IMG/VR virus record: IMGVR_UViG_3300032313_001281
Span: 1-64,000 of that record
Strand: one strand, 5' to 3'
DNA: 64,000 nt
From: a virus
Shown in pieces: positions 55,835-64,000 of this stretch. The notes under the pieces were generated by a model. The model saw only the letters and a list, made by a program, of their open reading frames with translations. It was not told the DNA's origin and searched no databases. Numbering within the stretch: the stretch's first letter is position 1; each line of letters starts with the position of its first letter. Position numbers and translations under genes: made by a program.

Positions 55835-57036
55835 CTTTCAATTTTCCTTACATGGTATTTGGCTTGACTAACATGATCTCTATACCGATTGCCGGCACGA
55901 TTCCAAGATTCGCCTTTACCTTCTAGGATGTCTACAACACGATCTACTGTGCCATCAGTCCAATCCGAGATCAATCCCATGTTGTGATGTGGCTTGTTCA
56001 ATAGCAATTCTAACTTGTGATAAGCGTCGTCGATACTCCAAGGAACATATAAACGATTAGGATCATCAGCAAAAGTCTCGGGAAAACTTCTATAAGCAGG
56101 ATAAAGAACATTGCAACCCAAAGTATCAGCTTCTGAAACGGTGTTAGAAACCCAGTCTTGTAATGCACAATTAAACAATACACGAGTATCATTAAGCAAA
56201 TTATAGTAATCATTTTTCTTTAAGTTTTCATAAATTACAAGTTTACCTTCCGCCTCTAGTTGTCTAGCACGATCGATGTACCTGGGATTATTGCTACGCA
56301 AAGGGCCGCCTTGAAATATAGTAAACTCTACATTCTTATGCCGACCTTGATTGTGATACATTTCGATCAGGTCCATGTAAAAGTCTGGTTGTTTCTCTTG
56401 GTCAAATCTGGCAGCAAAGCCCACACGCATTTTTCTTTGGTCAAAGGATTTTATATTCTGTGCACCGCCTATGCGTTCTAACACTTCCGCTTTGCCAAAG
56501 GCCAGCCCTGAGATATTGTAGATAGGAGCAGTCCAGCCGGCAATACGCATGTGTGCAACCATTTCTTCGTTGGTAGCCAATACACCTGTTACAAATTCGT
56601 TAACCATCTTTTCATACAGGTCCATCCACTTCGCCATGCCCCACACATGTACAAAATCGTCAGGGTCAATGGCCTGTGCAAGGCAACGAACAAATACACG
56701 AGGCCGCTGATTACTAGGTATTTGATCCATAATATAAGGGAGACTTTCGATACCAGGTTGAAACATGTCTTCAAAGTAGATAACATCTTCATTGGTAACC
56801 TTTCCATTACGCATCATTTGTACCAGATTCATCATTTGACTCATACCAAAGTAACTGCGGCCGTGGGCATCCAAGACTTGACCCACGCTGATGCTCTGGG
56901 TGTTGTCAATAGTCTGTCCAGGCACGATCACATAGTTGATGCCGCGCTGTTCAAACACACGAGTATTCCACTCAGTGAGTTGCAAGGTATATCTGGCTTC
57001 ATAACTCTCTAAGCCCATGTAGAATAGTTTTCTCAT
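55831..57036 (-). CDS. GT-B glycosyltransferase, possibly DNA-modifying
   Basis: RFDQEKQP...EADTLGC.VLYP.YRSFPE (GT-B donor-binding region); lies within the deazaguanine gene run. Confidence 0.65.
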   Translation of the reverse strand: MRKLFYMGLESYEARYTLQLTEWNTRVFEQRGINYVIVPGQTIDNTQSISVGQVLDAHGRSYFGMSQMMNLVQMMRNGKVTNEDVIYFEDMFQPGIESLPYIMDQIPSNQRPRVFVRCLAQAIDPDDFVHVWGMAKWMDLYEKMVNEFVTGVLATNEEMVAHMRIAGWTAPIYNISGLAFGKAEVLERIGGAQNIKSFDQRKMRVGFAARFDQEKQPDFYMDLIEMYHNQGRHKNVEFTIFQGGPLRSNNPRYIDRARQLEAEGKLVIYENLKKNDYYNLLNDTRVLFNCALQDWVSNTVSEADTLGCNVLYPAYRSFPETFADDPNRLYVPWSIDDAYHKLELLLNKPHHNMGLISDWTDGTVDRVVDILEGKGESWNRAGNRYRDHVSQAKYHVRKIER

Positions 57037-57608
57037 AAAGTCCTCTGTTTATACAATTTTACTTGATCCTTCACAAATTTAGCAACCAGTTGGTTGCCAG
57101 TTTCATCCAAGTGGTTGATTGTGCCAGGATGATTGTTCCAGATATGGTGTAGAATTTTTATATCTGCAATGTAGCCAATTTCAAAAAAACTTACGTGTAA
57201 CACTGGTTTATGTGCTACTAGTGCTTTGATTTTGTCACACAGTAGCTCATGTGTGTGTTTGGCCTGCTCCAGATCAAACACGTTTTCAAACCACCAAGTT
57301 ACATGTCCCGCAAAACTGTCAGGCAATTTTGAACGCATGTCTTCATAGATTAAGTCACAGTTGTGATGAGTCTGGCTTTGTTGATAATACGGATTTTTTT
57401 CTACATAAATCCTGTTGGGACTTGTGTGTCCCACTACCACAAAATCAAATCCGTCAAGATTTGTTTGTGTGACAGTTCGAAACAATCTGTATTGACTGGC
57501 ACCGTTAGAAGCAAGATTTGTGACTTCATAATCATTGCCAAGTTGACAAGTCCAACCCTGAGGATGGTGCGCCGCAAAACTGTCTCCAATTATAAGAATT
57601 CTTGACAA
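57033..57608 (-). CDS. SGNH-hydrolase-like protein
   Basis: IGDSF, NLASNGAS, NHLDETGN. Confidence 0.65.
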   Translation of the reverse strand: MSRILIIGDSFAAHHPQGWTCQLGNDYEVTNLASNGASQYRLFRTVTQTNLDGFDFVVVGHTSPNRIYVEKNPYYQQSQTHHNCDLIYEDMRSKLPDSFAGHVTWWFENVFDLEQAKHTHELLCDKIKALVAHKPVLHVSFFEIGYIADIKILHHIWNNHPGTINHLDETGNQLVAKFVKDQVKLYKQRTL

Positions 57609-57617
57609 TTTTGACTC

Positions 57618-57839
57618 TTAGAGGTTGCGTCCCAGGCGTCGACCGTCTTCTACCCACATGTTCTTGGCATTCTTGCCTTGGCTGAACTTGTTGTACTGTT
57701 GCCAGGCATAGGCTTTGAAGTTGTATAGGTCTTCTTCACGGAATCTGTAACCGTACTCCTGGCAGAATTCCAAGAAGTTGCTCAAGTCTTCCAATGCCTG
57801 AATGGCTCTGGGGTTTACACGATGTTGGGGCTTGCCCAT
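57618..57839 (-). CDS. Small hypothetical protein
   Basis: 73-aa ORF with AAGGA RBS. Confidence 0.7.
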   Translation of the reverse strand: MGKPQHRVNPRAIQALEDLSNFLEFCQEYGYRFREEDLYNFKAYAWQQYNKFSQGKNAKNMWVEDGRRLGRNL

Positions 57840-57849
57840 GATAGTTCCT

Positions 57850-58299
57850 TTAAATTACAATTGATTGAGTTGGACGAGTAAGGTTATAACTAATAGAGCA
57901 TCCGTTCTCGCCGTCTTCGGACACTTCAATTACTACAGCACGACCCGGATAACGATCTGCTATCTGTACATACAAGTCATCCGCGATCATTTCACAACTT
58001 TTCCAGTCTAGTTCTAAAACGGTATTCGAACCGTTATACAACGACTCGAGCCATCGCTTGAATTGGATGAACTCGATGTCCCGGTCATTGTGGAACACAT
58101 CGATTGACACCCGGAAATGAAATATATGGCGATGAGGATTAGCAAGGAACGAAACATCATATTCTCCTGCTGTATTTAACCGGGGATCTGTCGCGGCCGC
58201 TGGATAGCAATGGATGCCTTCCTTGCGGAATGTAACCCAAATTTTACGTTCTGCGGCATCCATAATGCGTGTTACGGTTTCTCTTTGTTCCTGTATCAT
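57850..58299 (-). CDS. QueD-paralogous T-fold protein, DpdL-like (candidate CDG decarboxylase)
   Basis: EGIH.YP, LANPHRHIF (LxxxHRHxF), DRDIEF, SCEMIA, VSEDGENG. Confidence 0.7.
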   Translation of the reverse strand: MIQEQRETVTRIMDAAERKIWVTFRKEGIHCYPAAATDPRLNTAGEYDVSFLANPHRHIFHFRVSIDVFHNDRDIEFIQFKRWLESLYNGSNTVLELDWKSCEMIADDLYVQIADRYPGRAVVIEVSEDGENGCSISYNLTRPTQSIVI

Positions 58300-58523
58300 A
58301 GTGCGCTCCTCATCTCACGGAGCCACTCATCCACACGAGTCTCGGCTTCGGCCTGGCTCATGGCCGGCACAGTGATACGGTATGGTGTGCCAGGTCTGTG
58401 ACGGATGTCATAGCGTATGGTTCCGTTAAGGATCATGTCGTTTTCGTCACGCAACACTGTGAACTCTTGCAAGTTCTGAGCACGATAAATGGCTCGTTCT
58501 GCTAGTACTCTAACATCATTCAT
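58296..58523 (-). CDS. Small hypothetical protein
   Basis: ATGA-coupled on both sides. Confidence 0.65.
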   Translation of the reverse strand: MNDVRVLAERAIYRAQNLQEFTVLRDENDMILNGTIRYDIRHRPGTPYRITVPAMSQAEAETRVDEWLREMRSAL

Positions 58524-59038
58524 TTTAACACCTCATCTTGTGTATATTTAGACCAGTCGGTGAACTGACTGCGTTTTTGTAAATCATGTAGGCTGTGACA
58601 CCACACTCCGGCATTGGTAGCACGAAAGTCTCGGTCATCCAGTTTGAGTGTAGCATTGTAGCCAAACTGACGGATATAAGGTAGTTTAACACTGATCATA
58701 GGAATAAAGTTATGGAACTCTACCAACGAGGATTCTAGTAGTCCTTCCGCTTGTGCATGATCTAGATCAAGGGTGCAATAGTTGGGGCGTTGTTCTAAAC
58801 AAGGCTGAATCATTGTTTCCCAATGACGCCAGCCAAAATTATCGTTAATGTCTAATGGTGGAAAACTTTGGTTGGCCCCAAAGTAGATATGCTCACAATT
58901 GTTGTTGTCAAACTCTTGCAGAACAATCTGCGGATCCTGCCGACCCACCACAAACAAGGTGCGTAGGCCAAATGCAGGTGTGTGTTCTACTTCGTTTCCA
59001 ACAAAGAAACTTACTGCTTCATGTCCGTCTCGGTTCAT
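58520..59038 (-). CDS. Hypothetical protein coupled to the TGT-like gene
   Basis: EVEHTPAFG..TLFVVG, HIYFGANQSF, GVWCH; start overlaps the upstream stop. Confidence 0.7.
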   Translation of the reverse strand: MNRDGHEAVSFFVGNEVEHTPAFGLRTLFVVGRQDPQIVLQEFDNNNCEHIYFGANQSFPPLDINDNFGWRHWETMIQPCLEQRPNYCTLDLDHAQAEGLLESSLVEFHNFIPMISVKLPYIRQFGYNATLKLDDRDFRATNAGVWCHSLHDLQKRSQFTDWSKYTQDEVLK

Positions 59039-60627
59039 TATGCTTGATCATGTTCGAGTTGATCTAATCGGGCCAGTTGGTCCGGGCTAAAGTCTTCTTC
59101 TAATTGTACACTATCTTCGTCTGCATCGTCAACAGTTTTGAACAAAGCATTGAACTGGCTGTGTGCGTTTTTGGCCTTCTTGCCTTTGAATCCACGTGTG
59201 CCCACAATGTCCATCCAATAACGGTCATAGTGCTCGATAATGGCTTCGGCTTCGGCACGGTCTGGTGTGGCAAATATGGCATCCACAATGTCCTTGAATC
59301 GAGCATGGTCACCATTTTGATTCCACATCATGGCCGGCCATGAACCCGAATCATATTCACGATTGGCACGTTGCACTGCTTCAATATGCATCCAAACATT
59401 GTGACCCATTAATAGAGCATAGCTGAAACTATCCCACGACGTCTTGCCTTCCTTGCCAATCTTGTTGAGATCGCCGGGCTTGTAGATACAGACATCTTTC
59501 ATCTGTAGTTGCTGGCTGATTGGGCTTTCATCAAAGTGATTGATCAAGCCATCAGCAATCACAGCAGGTCCAAACTGGCGTGTATCCGTGGCATACTTTT
59601 TGTCATCCACAATAGGGCTCATCCTGTAGCACCATTTGTCATTGTGTGGTAAATCAATGTGATGATATACTTGACCGTTGGCAGTTGCTAAAAACGGACT
59701 GGCACAGTCAAAGCTGATGGTAAAACTTGGATTCACATACTTACGCACAGCACGTTGGATATCTGTGAGCAATACTGCCCACTCTAACTTACTTGTGCCC
59801 AAGAAGTGCATCCAATCATGAACACCTTCTTGCAATAGATTATCATGACGCAAGGCCACCAGTCGCTTCAACACTAGATGCACATCACACATGTTCTGAC
59901 CGCCCATACTCCAGCCATCAAAGTGAGTGTCAGGATATACTTTGGGATCACAATAGTGCTTCATGATGTCATACCACCGATCTGCATCAGCATGATTGGC
60001 ACCCTGCAACACATTCAAGAACTTGGCACCGCCATTCTTGACACCTTTACGGTGTCGCATGAAGTAGTCGTTATTGAACTTGGTGGCATCTACAGCTTCT
60101 TCTAGTGTGGTGATCTGACAGGCCGCTGATGCTTTTTTGTCGTGTATGACCCAGGTCGGAATATCAAGAATCATACCATAGTCAGCAATACTATCCAACC
60201 AGGTCAACACTGCCGCACGCTTCTTTTGTGCTTTGGGACAACCTGAGTTGGCCTTCCAGTCGCCTTCCCACAAGCCTTTGGCTATTTGGAATCCACCCGA
60301 GTCACCTAACATTAGTGTACCAGGTTCACGATTGCGAACCATGTCCTCTGACCAATCCTGTTTGTTCAAATCCAAGTTGGCGTGTCCACCTGAATATAAA
60401 CTCCACTTGTAAGGAAACAGACCTTTAGAACTGTTGAGCCAGTTCATCTGTTCCATGTCCGGAATACCCGCAGGCATCCTGGCCGGATCTACATAAGGAC
60501 CTGCCGCAGGATCACGTTGCTTGCCTACGAATGTGGCATAGAATCCTGAAATGGCCGGCAAGAACACAGCATACTGGCTACGTCCATCTGGGCCAAGTTG
60601 CTTGGCAGTTAGATTGTCTTGGATCAC
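59038..60627 (-). CDS. tRNA/DNA-guanine transglycosylase-like enzyme (DpdA-like)
   Basis: DSGGFQ, LDIP, LNVLQG, GWSMGG, HFLG, SFDCASP: the TGT catalytic motifs. Confidence 0.82.
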   Translation of the reverse strand: MIQDNLTAKQLGPDGRSQYAVFLPAISGFYATFVGKQRDPAAGPYVDPARMPAGIPDMEQMNWLNSSKGLFPYKWSLYSGGHANLDLNKQDWSEDMVRNREPGTLMLGDSGGFQIAKGLWEGDWKANSGCPKAQKKRAAVLTWLDSIADYGMILDIPTWVIHDKKASAACQITTLEEAVDATKFNNDYFMRHRKGVKNGGAKFLNVLQGANHADADRWYDIMKHYCDPKVYPDTHFDGWSMGGQNMCDVHLVLKRLVALRHDNLLQEGVHDWMHFLGTSKLEWAVLLTDIQRAVRKYVNPSFTISFDCASPFLATANGQVYHHIDLPHNDKWCYRMSPIVDDKKYATDTRQFGPAVIADGLINHFDESPISQQLQMKDVCIYKPGDLNKIGKEGKTSWDSFSYALLMGHNVWMHIEAVQRANREYDSGSWPAMMWNQNGDHARFKDIVDAIFATPDRAEAEAIIEHYDRYWMDIVGTRGFKGKKAKNAHSQFNALFKTVDDADEDSVQLEEDFSPDQLARLDQLEHDQA

Positions 60628-61346
60628 TTGCTTTGTGCTGGAAGAATATAGTTATAAACAGCAAGTCCAGAATCCACAGTGATCATTGCAGCACCATCAT
60701 CACTGATCTTGAATGTCTTGTCACCGGTTAGATCAAGAATACTGATTACTGTTTTGATGGGCCAAGACCATGCACGTTTGAGTGTGCCGGTCACACCTGG
60801 ATGAAACACAAAGTTTCCTGCATGGGTGCTATGGTCACCAAAGAAAAACTTTAAATCGCCGTTTTCAGTCTTGGCCTGGAAGTTGACTTCTTCAGCATTG
60901 GCCTGTGCCTGCATTTTAAGGCGTTGGATTGCGGCCACAGTAGGAGTAAACTCAATGTGCCAGTTCACACCTTTGAACTTGACAGTTTTTAACTTTTCAT
61001 TCACAATTTCACTGGCCATGAATCTGTAGTTGTTTTTAAAGTCTCCGGTGGCATTCACAAAGTTGATGCCGTCGGGTGCACCAGTGTCTTTCCTTGTTAA
61101 ACTTAATTGAGCATTTTCTCGATACTCTTGCAAGTTCAAAAGAATCTTTAACTTGCTCAAGTTTGGCATGCCAAAGTTTCCAATAAAATCTGCATGTGGT
61201 CCTGCAAATGTGCCTTCCACTACCACACTACGATCTTCTGCTAGTCCATTGATCACTGTGCTTTTGTCGTCGCCAGTGATTTTGACCAAGTCGATTACGC
61301 CCAGGTCATGTGTGTGTTCTACTAAGTCTAATAAGTGATCTCTCAT
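60624..61346 (-). CDS. Hypothetical protein, possibly a DNA sliding clamp
   Basis: 240 aa, alternating beta/alpha pattern, near polB, ends YNYILPA. The function is inference only. Confidence 0.4.
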   Translation of the reverse strand: MRDHLLDLVEHTHDLGVIDLVKITGDDKSTVINGLAEDRSVVVEGTFAGPHADFIGNFGMPNLSKLKILLNLQEYRENAQLSLTRKDTGAPDGINFVNATGDFKNNYRFMASEIVNEKLKTVKFKGVNWHIEFTPTVAAIQRLKMQAQANAEEVNFQAKTENGDLKFFFGDHSTHAGNFVFHPGVTGTLKRAWSWPIKTVISILDLTGDKTFKISDDGAAMITVDSGLAVYNYILPAQSK

Positions 61347-61367
61347 TGATAATTCTCCTTGTGTTTG

Positions 61368-61396
61368 ATTATACGGGATTTATTTAGATTCTGCAA
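61368..61396 (-). promoter_or_regulatory. sigma70-like promoter with embedded TAAATA
   Basis: TTGCAG-AATCTAAATAAATCCCG-TATAAT. Confidence 0.6.
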
Positions 61397-62336
61397 CGGG
61401 TTTGGGTATTATTTTTGCCAAAGCCTGTCCGCCACGCAGGCTATGCTGTTCACCGGGCTTGCGCAGTTCCAACCAGGTGCTAGGACCTTGGTCAGTCCAA
61501 CTGAAGGCTATTTCATAGCCCAGAGTCTGGGCCAGTTCGCGCACCAGATAACCGGGGGTATAACAACAATAGTGTTGTTCTACCAACATGACTGCCTTGG
61601 CACGATCACAATCATTGAATGTCATGACCAACATGCCACCGGGTCTCAGTTTTTGATATATTTCTGTGAGATACTGTCGTAGTACTTCAAAAGGTCTGAA
61701 GTTAAAAAAGTTGTAGGCAAATACCAGTCCAAACTGACTTTTAGGCAACTGTCCTAATATGGCCTCGCCCGATCGTTCCTGGATGGTATAGGGTCGCAGG
61801 CGTTGCTGATACTGTTCGTTGAACTGAGTCATGGCCGGTTGCAGGAGATCATGGCTTTCATCCACCAAGTACAACGGATCTGAAGCCAACAGGTCATTGA
61901 TAAATGTTTCTCGTCCGGGACGTATGATCATGGCAGCATGGTGCCAACTATTGTAGCGTGTCAGGCGAGTGCGATAGAACTGTTCAGTGTTGGCAGAAAT
62001 TTCAGGACGGCGATCCAAGATGTATTCAGCGGTTTCATGCAACATCTCTTGCTCGTAGAGCCTGTAGCTTTCAGCAAACCAGGGCTTTTCGGTGACGGTA
62101 ATCAGCTCACGCAAGGTCTGTTTTAATGCGTCCAGATCAGACTGATATTGTCTCAAGGAGTCGGCTACCTCAGTTTGCCTCCGGGCCAGCACAGCGCTGA
62201 ACTGTTCCAATTGTATAGCAGAGGTTGATACCACATGCGTGATCTTGGACAAATTTTGATCAGTTTGCTGTGCTGTGTTGACCGCAGACATTACATCCAG
62301 CTGGTTCATGTAGTTTACGAGTTCACTGAGCTTCAT
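61380..62336 (-). CDS. Class I SAM-dependent methyltransferase-like protein with N-terminal coiled coil
   Basis: IRPG, YLVD, FGLVFAYNFF, LRPGG.LV.TF. Confidence 0.7.
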   Translation of the reverse strand: MKLSELVNYMNQLDVMSAVNTAQQTDQNLSKITHVVSTSAIQLEQFSAVLARRQTEVADSLRQYQSDLDALKQTLRELITVTEKPWFAESYRLYEQEMLHETAEYILDRRPEISANTEQFYRTRLTRYNSWHHAAMIIRPGRETFINDLLASDPLYLVDESHDLLQPAMTQFNEQYQQRLRPYTIQERSGEAILGQLPKSQFGLVFAYNFFNFRPFEVLRQYLTEIYQKLRPGGMLVMTFNDCDRAKAVMLVEQHYCCYTPGYLVRELAQTLGYEIAFSWTDQGPSTWLELRKPGEQHSLRGGQALAKIIPKPVAESK

Positions 62337-62337
62337 A

Positions 62338-64000
62338 TCACCACTCAAACAAAGTTTGGAAAGTGTTTTCTGTATTGGTGGCCGACACCAGGTCCCAGTC
62401 CAACACACCTAGTAGATTATCCAATTTCTGATCCACTACTGTGGCTTCCATTTCGCTGTCGTCAAATGGTAGTTCTTTGAACCAAGTTGGCAAATGAATC
62501 TCATCGGTGGGATACCCTATGCTGGTCCAGCCCAGGGGATTGGATTTCAACTTGCACACAATGGTCTTCATGCCATCAACAATCTGCATTGAATACTTGT
62601 CCGAGTTCATTCTGCGTAAGTTATTCCAATTGATAGCCGCACGCACATGGCCTGGCATGTTGGCTTTGCCCAGGCGTTCCTCTTCCTTGGCATACTTGGT
62701 CAAGTTATTCACACGCTTGGGACTGCCCTTCTCCCAACCTGGACGTTCTTTGAACTTGTATTTGAACTCGCGAATCTTTTCAATGATCTGCTCACGACCG
62801 GTGCCAACCAGAACCTCGTCGAGAATTTCGCTTAAAAACTCCTGGATGACCTTAGGAGTGTCACTGCGTTTGAGATCAAGCCCCATGGCTTTTACTTTGC
62901 CAGGACTACCGTGGGTATCCACACGCTTATTTTCTTTGTCGTAATACATAACAGCATAACGTTTTTTAGTAATAAACAAGCCTTTGCTTGCAACAATTTC
63001 GCGTCCACCTCGTATTACATCGCCCATTTCACGCGGCACATGGAATGCCTGTTCCATAAATCCAGGAAAGCTATCGTTGACTTGATCGGCAATTGAATTG
63101 TACAGTTGTACAGCAATCTCACGACTCCAGGTCATGTTGCCGGCTTCAATTTCTTTTTGTAACACAGGATAAGCAGTAAAGTAACAGGAGTCTGTATCAC
63201 CATAGATGATACTTTCGCCTACGTGGTCATACTTGCCAGTGATACATTCGTTTACATACGCATCCATATGTTTAGCAATTGCACGTCCAGTAAGAGTTGT
63301 AGACTGGCCAATACGCTTGTCAAAGAATCTGCAACCAGGATTAAGAATAGCACCATACAGACTGTTGAGGTTAATCTTTTTAACAAGTTGACGCTTGTCC
63401 CAATACTCCTCATCTTCTGCATTTTTACATTCTTTTAGTTTGGCCTGCATTTCTTTACGCTCGGCATACCAGCGTTTTAGCAAGCCAGGAATAACTGCTT
63501 CTTTCTCATAGGTAAAGATAGTGCCATTGGCTGTGATCATCCAGGGACGGTTGCTATCAAAAATTATTTTCCATACATCAGCGGCACTGTGTACACTTTC
63601 TTCGCCATCTTTCCAATCAATGGTAATTTCTGTGCCGACTTCGGTATTCATAACAGCCGTGTATTCTAAACTACCAAACAGACCCTCCCATGCGCCAGCA
63701 AAACTCGAGCCACTGCGCATTTTATCACCGATATATCGTTCGGTCATTACAGGACGCAACTGCCCAATGATGGTTTCTGGTCCCATGTTGAGCGCACGAA
63801 TAGCACTGGGATACAAACTGTTGATGTCTATGCTTCCTACATACTCGTGGATGCCTTTCTTTGGAAATGCAACATAAGCCCCAGCGGCCTGCGTGTCTTC
63901 ATCACTGTAACGTTCCTTGCGATTGGGCACAACCATGCCACGCTCGTGTGCTTCGTTGATAATGGCCTGTTCTGTCACAGCTACAGCACCCATTGTGGTT
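62338..64000 (-). CDS. Family B DNA polymerase, C-terminal part (runs off the window end)
   Basis: DINSLYPS, K..LNSLYG, YGDTDS, KKRYA, GLD..RSD. Confidence 0.97.
   Translation of the reverse strand, partial: TTMGAVAVTEQAIINEAHERGMVVPNRKERYSDEDTQAAGAYVAFPKKGIHEYVGSIDINSLYPSAIRALNMGPETIIGQLRPVMTERYIGDKMRSGSSFAGAWEGLFGSLEYTAVMNTEVGTEITIDWKDGEESVHSAADVWKIIFDSNRPWMITANGTIFTYEKEAVIPGLLKRWYAERKEMQAKLKECKNAEDEEYWDKRQLVKKINLNSLYGAILNPGCRFFDKRIGQSTTLTGRAIAKHMDAYVNECITGKYDHVGESIIYGDTDSCYFTAYPVLQKEIEAGNMTWSREIAVQLYNSIADQVNDSFPGFMEQAFHVPREMGDVIRGGREIVASKGLFITKKRYAVMYYDKENKRVDTHGSPGKVKAMGLDLKRSDTPKVIQEFLSEILDEVLVGTGREQIIEKIREFKYKFKERPGWEKGSPKRVNNLTKYAKEEERLGKANMPGHVRAAINWNNLRRMNSDKYSMQIVDGMKTIVCKLKSNPLGWTSIGYPTDEIHLPTWFKELPFDDSEMEATVVDQKLDNLLGVLDWDLVSATNTENTFQTLFEW

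Overview
64 kb of a large, gene-dense tailed-phage genome with T4-like/jumbo character: family-B DNA polymerase, T4 RNase H-like nuclease, ThyX, MoxR/vWA pair, an RNA polymerase omega homologue, sigma70-type promoters and TAAATA late-type promoters. Nearly all genes lie on the minus strand. Bug/TctC, TRAP DctP and TorF-like genes suggest a proteobacterial host, probably betaproteobacterial (inference). The window holds: (i) a dispersed 7-deazaguanine DNA-modification pathway (folE, queD, queE, a DpdL-like QueD paralogue and a TGT/DpdA-like enzyme, no queC) interleaved with a glycosyltransferase and a phosphoribosyltransferase; (ii) two large sugar-nucleotide/glycan-decoration blocks; (iii) a translation module of 7 tRNAs, one chimeric pseudo-tRNA and a circularly permuted two-piece tmRNA; (iv) expanded paralogue families (SGNH-like, 'TEKT' glycosyltransferase-like, radical SAM, small F-x-L-R-W proteins). 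The best candidate for an undescribed system is a ribosome-coupled transcription attenuator (25359-25556): a leaderless 33-codon leader ORF with Trp and Cys codons plus mutually exclusive antiterminator and terminator hairpins, placed in front of the phage tRNA-fMet/Cys/Trp and phosphoesterase genes. All calls come from reading motifs by eye; no database searches or folding programs were run.
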